DNA of 34,556 nucleotides from a virus: UHGV virus genome UHGV-0341486; one strand, 5' to 3'. Shown piece by piece: positions 29,862 to 34,556 of this stretch (position 1 is its first letter; each line of letters starts with the position of its first letter). The notes under the pieces were generated by a model. It saw only the letters and a program-made list of their open reading frames with translations, ran no database searches and was not told where the DNA came from. The position numbers and the translations under genes were made by a program.

Positions 29862-30284
29862 ATGTTCCTGAAAACCGAATCATTTGAATATAACGGCGTG
29901 ACCGTCACGCTTTCTGAACTGTCAGCCCTGCAGCGTATTGAGCATCTTGCCCTGATGAAACGGCAGGCAGAACCGGCGGGATCCGACAGCAACCGGCAGG
30001 TTACTGTGGAAGACGTCATCAGAACCGGCGCGTTTCTGGTGGCGATGTCCCTGTGGCATAACCATCCGAAGAAGACGCAGATGCCGTCCATGAATGAAGC
30101 CGTTAAACAGATTGAGCAGGAAGTGCTTACCACCTGGCCCACAGAGGCAATTTCTCATGCTGAAAACGTGGTGTACCGGCTGTCCGGTATGTATGAGTTT
30201 GTGGTGAATAATGCCCCCGAACAGGCAGAGGACGCCGGGCCTGCAGAGCCTGTTTCTGCGGGAAAGTGTTCGACGGTGAGCTGA
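29862..30284 (+). CDS. G: Tail assembly chaperone G (140 aa)
   Basis: Matches recalled lambda gpG. Confidence 0.95.
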   Translation: MFLKTESFEYNGVTVTLSELSALQRIEHLALMKRQAEPAGSDSNRQVTVEDVIRTGAFLVAMSLWHNHPKKTQMPSMNEAVKQIEQEVLTTWPTEAISHAENVVYRLSGMYEFVVNNAPEQAEDAGPAEPVSAGKCSTVS

Positions 30285-30700
30285 GTTTTGCCCTGAAACT
30301 GGCGCGTGAGATGGGGCGACCCGACTGGCGTGCCATGCTTGCCGGGATGTCATCCACGGAGTATGCCGACTGGCACCGCTTTTACAGTACCCATTATTTT
30401 CATGATGTTCTGCTGGATATGCACTTTTCCGGGCTGACGTACACCGTGCTCAGCCTGTTTTTCAGCGATCCGGATATGCATCCGCTGGATTTCAGTCTGC
30501 TGAACCGGCGCGAGGCTGACGAAGAGCCTGAAGATGATGTGCTGATGCAGAAAGCGGCAGGGCTTGCCGGAGGTGTCCGCTTTGGCCCGGACGGGAATGA
30601 AGTTATCCCCGCTTCCCCGGATGTGGCGGACATGACGGAGGATGACGTAATGCTGATGACAGTATCAGAAGGGATCGCAGGAGGAGTCCGGTATGGCTGA
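29862..30700 (+). CDS. T: Tail assembly chaperone G-T fusion, made by -1 programmed ribosomal frameshift at slippery heptamer G GGA AAG (about 30260-30266)
   Basis: Slippery sequence GGGAAAG near the end of G; the -1 frame continues as the T ORF (30266-30700) with no start codon of its own; conserved lambda mechanism. Confidence 0.85.
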
Positions 30701-33254
30701 ACCGGTAGGCGATCTGGTCGTTGATTTGAGTCTGGATGCGGCCAGATTTGACGAGCAGATGGCCAGAGTCAGGCGTCATTTTTCCGGTACGGAAAGTGAT
30801 GCGAAAAAAACAGCGGCAGTCGTTGAACAGTCGCTGAGCCGACAGGCGCTGGCTGCACAGAAAGCGGGGATTTCCGTCGGGCAGTATAAAGCCGCCATGC
30901 GTATGCTGCCTGCACAGTTCACCGACGTGGCCACGCAGCTTGCAGGCGGGCAAAGTCCGTGGCTGATCCTGCTGCAACAGGGGGGGCAGGTGAAGGACTC
31001 CTTCGGCGGGATGATCCCCATGTTCAGGGGGCTTGCCGGTGCGATCACCCTGCCGATGGTGGGGGCCACCTCGCTGGCGGTGGCGACCGGTGCGCTGGCG
31101 TATGCCTGGTATCAGGGCAACTCAACCCTGTCCGATTTCAACAAAACGCTGGTCCTTTCCGGCAATCAGGCGGGTCTGACGGCAGATCGTATGCTGGTCC
31201 TGTCCAGAGCCGGGCAGGCGGCAGGGCTGACGTTTAACCAGACCAGCGAGTCACTCAGCGCACTGGTTAAGGCGGGGGTAAGCGGTGAGGCTCAGATTGC
31301 GTCCATCAGCCAGAGTGTGGCGCGTTTCTCCTCTGCATCCGGCGTGGAGGTGGACAAGGTCGCTGAAGCCTTCGGGAAGCTGACCACAGACCCGACGTCG
31401 GGGCTGACGGCGATGGCACGCCAGTTCCATAACGTGACGGCGGAGCAGATTGCGTATGTTGCTCAGTTGCAGCGTTCCGGCGATGAAGCCGGGGCATTGC
31501 AGGCGGCGAACGAGGCCGCAACGAAAGGGTTTGATGACCAGACCCGCCGCCTGAAAGAGAACATGGGCACGCTGGAGACCTGGGCAGACAGGACTGCGCG
31601 GGCATTCAAATCCATGTGGGATGCGGTGCTGGATATTGGTCGTCCTGATACCGCGCAGGAGATGCTGATTAAGGCAGAGGCTGCGTTTAAGAAAGCAGAC
31701 GACATCTGGAATCTGCGCAAGGATGATTATTTTGTTAACGATGAAGCGCGGGCGCGTTACTGGGATGATCGTGAAAAGGCCCGTCTTGCGCTTGAAGCCG
31801 CCCGAAAGAAGGCTGAACAGCAGAGTCAACAGGACAAAAATGCGCAGCAGCAGAGCGATACCGAAGCGTCACGGCTGAAATATACCGAAGAGGCGCAGAA
31901 GGCTTACGAACGGCTGCAGACGCCGCTGGAGAAATATGCCGCCCGTCAGGAAGAACTGAATAAGGCCCTGAAAGACGGAAAAATCCTGCAGGCAGATTAC
32001 AACACGCTGATGGCGGCAGCGAAAAAGGACTATGAAACGACACTGAAAAAGCCGAAGCAGTCCGGCGTGAAGGTGTCTGCGGGCGATCGTCAGGAAGACA
32101 GTGCTCATGCTGCCCTGCTGACGCTTCAGGCTGAACTCCGGACGCTGGAGAAGCATGCCGGAGCAAATGAGAAAATCAGCCAGCAGCGCCGGGATTTGTG
32201 GAAGGCGGAGAGTCAGTTCGCGGTACTGGAGGAGGCGGCGCAACGTCGCCAGCTGTCTGTACAGGAGAAATCCCTGCTGGCGCATAAAGATGAGACGCTG
32301 GAGTACAAACGCCAGCTGGCTGCACTTGGCGACAAGGTTACGTATCAGGAGCGCCTGAACGCGCTGGCGCAGCAGGCGGATAAATTCGCACAGCAGCAAC
32401 GGGCAAAACGGGCCGCCATTGATGCGAAAAGCCGGGGGCTGACTGACCGGCAGGCAGAACGGGAAGCCACGGAACAGCGCCTGAAGGAACAGTATGGCGA
32501 TAATCCGCTGGCGCTGAATAACGTCATGTCAGAGCAGAAAAAGACCTGGGCGGCTGAAGACCAGCTTCGCGGGAACTGGATGGCAGGCCTGAAGTCCGGC
32601 TGGAGTGAGTGGGAAGAGAGCGCCACGGACAGTATGTCGCAGGTAAAAAGTGCAGCCACGCAGACCTTTGATGGTATTGCACAGAATATGGCGGCGATGC
32701 TGACCGGCAGTGAGCAGAACTGGCGCAGCTTCACCCGTTCCGTGCTGTCCATGATGACAGAAATTCTGCTTAAGCAGGCAATGGTGGGGATTGTCGGGAG
32801 TATCGGCAGCGCCATTGGCGGGGCTGTTGGTGGCGGCGCATCCGCGTCAGGCGGTACAGCCATTCAGGCCGCTGCGGCGAAATTCCATTTTGCAACCGGA
32901 GGATTTACGGGAACCGGCGGCAAATATGAGCCAGCGGGGATTGTTCACCGTGGTGAGTTTGTCTTCACGAAGGAGGCAACCAGCCGGATTGGCGTGGGGA
33001 ATCTTTACCGGCTGATGCGCGGCTATGCCACCGGCGGTTATGTCGGTACACCGGGCAGCATGGCAGACAGCCGGTCGCAGGCGTCCGGGACGTTTGAGCA
33101 GAATAACCATGTGGTGATTAACAACGACGGCACGAACGGGCAGATAGGTCCGGCTGCTCTGAAGGCGGTGTATGACATGGCCCGCAAGGGTGCCCGTGAT
33201 GAAATTCAGACACAGATGCGTGATGGTGGCCTGTTCTCCGGAGGTGGACGATGA
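30693..33254 (+). CDS. H: Tail tape measure protein H (853 aa)
   Basis: Matches recalled lambda gpH. Confidence 0.97.
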   Translation: MAEPVGDLVVDLSLDAARFDEQMARVRRHFSGTESDAKKTAAVVEQSLSRQALAAQKAGISVGQYKAAMRMLPAQFTDVATQLAGGQSPWLILLQQGGQVKDSFGGMIPMFRGLAGAITLPMVGATSLAVATGALAYAWYQGNSTLSDFNKTLVLSGNQAGLTADRMLVLSRAGQAAGLTFNQTSESLSALVKAGVSGEAQIASISQSVARFSSASGVEVDKVAEAFGKLTTDPTSGLTAMARQFHNVTAEQIAYVAQLQRSGDEAGALQAANEAATKGFDDQTRRLKENMGTLETWADRTARAFKSMWDAVLDIGRPDTAQEMLIKAEAAFKKADDIWNLRKDDYFVNDEARARYWDDREKARLALEAARKKAEQQSQQDKNAQQQSDTEASRLKYTEEAQKAYERLQTPLEKYAARQEELNKALKDGKILQADYNTLMAAAKKDYETTLKKPKQSGVKVSAGDRQEDSAHAALLTLQAELRTLEKHAGANEKISQQRRDLWKAESQFAVLEEAAQRRQLSVQEKSLLAHKDETLEYKRQLAALGDKVTYQERLNALAQQADKFAQQQRAKRAAIDAKSRGLTDRQAEREATEQRLKEQYGDNPLALNNVMSEQKKTWAAEDQLRGNWMAGLKSGWSEWEESATDSMSQVKSAATQTFDGIAQNMAAMLTGSEQNWRSFTRSVLSMMTEILLKQAMVGIVGSIGSAIGGAVGGGASASGGTAIQAAAAKFHFATGGFTGTGGKYEPAGIVHRGEFVFTKEATSRIGVGNLYRLMRGYATGGYVGTPGSMADSRSQASGTFEQNNHVVINNDGTNGQIGPAALKAVYDMARKGARDEIQTQMRDGGLFSGGGR

Positions 33255-33580
33255 AGACCTTCCGCTGGAAAGTGAAACCCGGTATGGATGTGGCTTCGGT
33301 CCCTTCTGTAAGAAAGGTGCGCTTTGGTGATGGCTATTCTCAGCGAGCGCCTGCCGGGCTGAATGCCAACCTGAAAACGTACAGCGTGACGCTTTCTGTC
33401 CCCCGTGAGGAGGCCACGGTACTGGAGTCGTTTCTGGAAGAGCACGGGGGCTGGAAATCCTTTCTGTGGACGCCGCCTTATGAGTGGCAGCAGATAAAGG
33501 TGACCTGCGCAAAATGGTCGTCGCGGGTCAGTATGCTGCGTGTTGAGTTCAGCGCAGAGTTTGAACAGGTGGTGAACTGA
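33251..33580 (+). CDS. M: Tail tip protein M (109 aa)
   Basis: Matches recalled lambda gpM; ATGA overlap with H. Confidence 0.95.
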   Translation: MKTFRWKVKPGMDVASVPSVRKVRFGDGYSQRAPAGLNANLKTYSVTLSVPREEATVLESFLEEHGGWKSFLWTPPYEWQQIKVTCAKWSSRVSMLRVEFSAEFEQVVN

Positions 33581-34278
33581 TGCAGGATATCCGGCAGGAA
33601 ACACTGAATGAATGCACCCGTGCGGAGCAGTCGGCCAGCGTGGTGCTCTGGGAAATCGACCTGACAGAGGTCGGTGGAGAACGTTATTTTTTCTGTAATG
33701 AGCAGAACGAAAAAGGTGAGCCGGTCACCTGGCAGGGGCGACAGTATCAGCCGTATCCCATTCAGGGGAGCGGTTTTGAACTGAATGGCAAAGGCACCAG
33801 TACGCGCCCCACGCTGACGGTTTCTAACCTGTACGGTATGGTCACCGGGATGGCGGAAGATCTGCAGAGTCTGGTCGGCGGAACGGTGGTCCGGCGTAAG
33901 GTTTACGCCCGTTTTCTGGATGCGGTGAACTTCGTCAACGGAAACAGTTATGCCGATCCGGAGCAGGAGGTGATCAGCCGCTGGCGCATTGAGCAGTGCA
34001 GCGAACTGAGCGCGGTGAGTGCCTCCTTTGTACTGTCCACGCCGACGGAAACGGATGGCGCTGTTTTTCCGGGACGTATCATGCTGGCCAACACCTGCAC
34101 CTGGACCTATCGCGGTGACGAGTGCGGTTATAGCGGTCCGGCTGTCGCGGATGAATATGACCAGCCAACGTCCGATATCACGAAGGATAAATGCAGCAAA
34201 TGCCTGAGCGGTTGTAAGTTCCGCAATAACGTCGGCAACTTTGGCGGCTTCCTTTCCATTAACAAACTTTCGCAGTAA
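33580..34278 (+). CDS. L: Tail tip protein L (232 aa)
   Basis: Matches recalled lambda gpL (Cys cluster near the C-terminus). Confidence 0.95.
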   Translation: MQDIRQETLNECTRAEQSASVVLWEIDLTEVGGERYFFCNEQNEKGEPVTWQGRQYQPYPIQGSGFELNGKGTSTRPTLTVSNLYGMVTGMAEDLQSLVGGTVVRRKVYARFLDAVNFVNGNSYADPEQEVISRWRIEQCSELSAVSASFVLSTPTETDGAVFPGRIMLANTCTWTYRGDECGYSGPAVADEYDQPTSDITKDKCSKCLSGCKFRNNVGNFGGFLSINKLSQ

Positions 34279-34282
34279 TCCC

Positions 34283-34447
34283 ATGACACAGACAGAATCA
34301 GCGATTCTGGCGCACGCCCGGCGATGTGCGCCAGCGGAGTCGTGTGGCTTCGTGGTGAGAACGCCGAAGGGGGAAAGATATTTTCCCTGCGTGAATATCT
34401 CCGGTGAGCCGGAGGCGTATTTCCGGATGTCGCCGGAGGACTGGCTG
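34283..34447 (+). pseudogene. K: Tail assembly protein K, N-terminal 55 codons only (MTQTESAILAHARRCAPAESCGFVV…FRMSPEDWL), then loss of K-like reading
   Basis: Plus-frame match to recalled lambda K ends at about 34447; downstream plus-frame translation is unrelated. Confidence 0.75.
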
Positions 34448-34556
34448 CGGGCAGTCCGTCACCCCGTGCTCAAAGCACCGCCCGGTAAGATGCGGCACAC
34501 AGCGGAATTTATGAATCTCACCCCGGCAGACCAGCCACCACGGCAAATCGCTCTGC
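34448..34556 (-). pseudogene. K: Inverted internal fragment of K (minus strand encodes …QSDLPWWLVCRGEIHKFRCVPHLTGRCFEHGVTDC)
   Basis: Minus-strand frame open to the window edge encodes a conserved internal K segment (about codons 83-118) in reverse orientation to the K 5' part. Confidence 0.7.

Noticed and set aside
34448-34556. Hypothesis that the terminal inverted segments are simple mirror padding of adjacent window sequence
   Set aside because: The last 109 nt are not the reverse complement of the preceding 109 nt, and the first 98 nt encode an icd region absent elsewhere in the window. They are real gene fragments in inverted orientation, not self-mirrors.

Overview
The window is almost entirely a lambda-like (lambdoid) prophage lying next to the 3' end of the isocitrate dehydrogenase gene icd, running from the integrase-side attachment junction to tail gene K. 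It is read in prophage order. On the minus strand: int, xis, small accessory genes, exo, bet, gam and a cI-type repressor. On the plus strand: cro-like and CII/YdaT-like regulators, O (with internal origin iterons) and P, a roughly 5.3 kb cargo island, a nin region (ninB, ninE, ybcO-like, rusA, ylcG-like), a putative Q, the lysis cassette S/R/Rz/Rz1, bor, further cargo genes, cos, and the head and tail genes Nu1 through L. Many proteins are recognisably lambda from recalled sequence (Exo, Bet, Gam, P, R, Rz, Bor, Nu1 through L), while the integrase, immunity region, nin region and cargo are not lambda-like, so the element is a mosaic. The points most worth a second look are: (1) the cargo island between P and ninB, encoding a 1183-aa inverse autotransporter adhesin and a convergent signal-peptide esterase; (2) an immunity region with GGTTGTT-type operators, an rrn-like boxA and no N-like ORF; (3) a lipoprotein with a TonB C-terminal-like domain near cos; and (4) inverted gene fragments at both window edges (icd at the left, K at the right), which indicate rearrangement or an assembly/window artefact. 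No tRNA, rRNA, CRISPR array or IS element was recognised. All coordinates for non-ORF features were hand-counted and may be off by 1-2 nt. Protein identities rest on recalled sequences and motifs, not on database searches.
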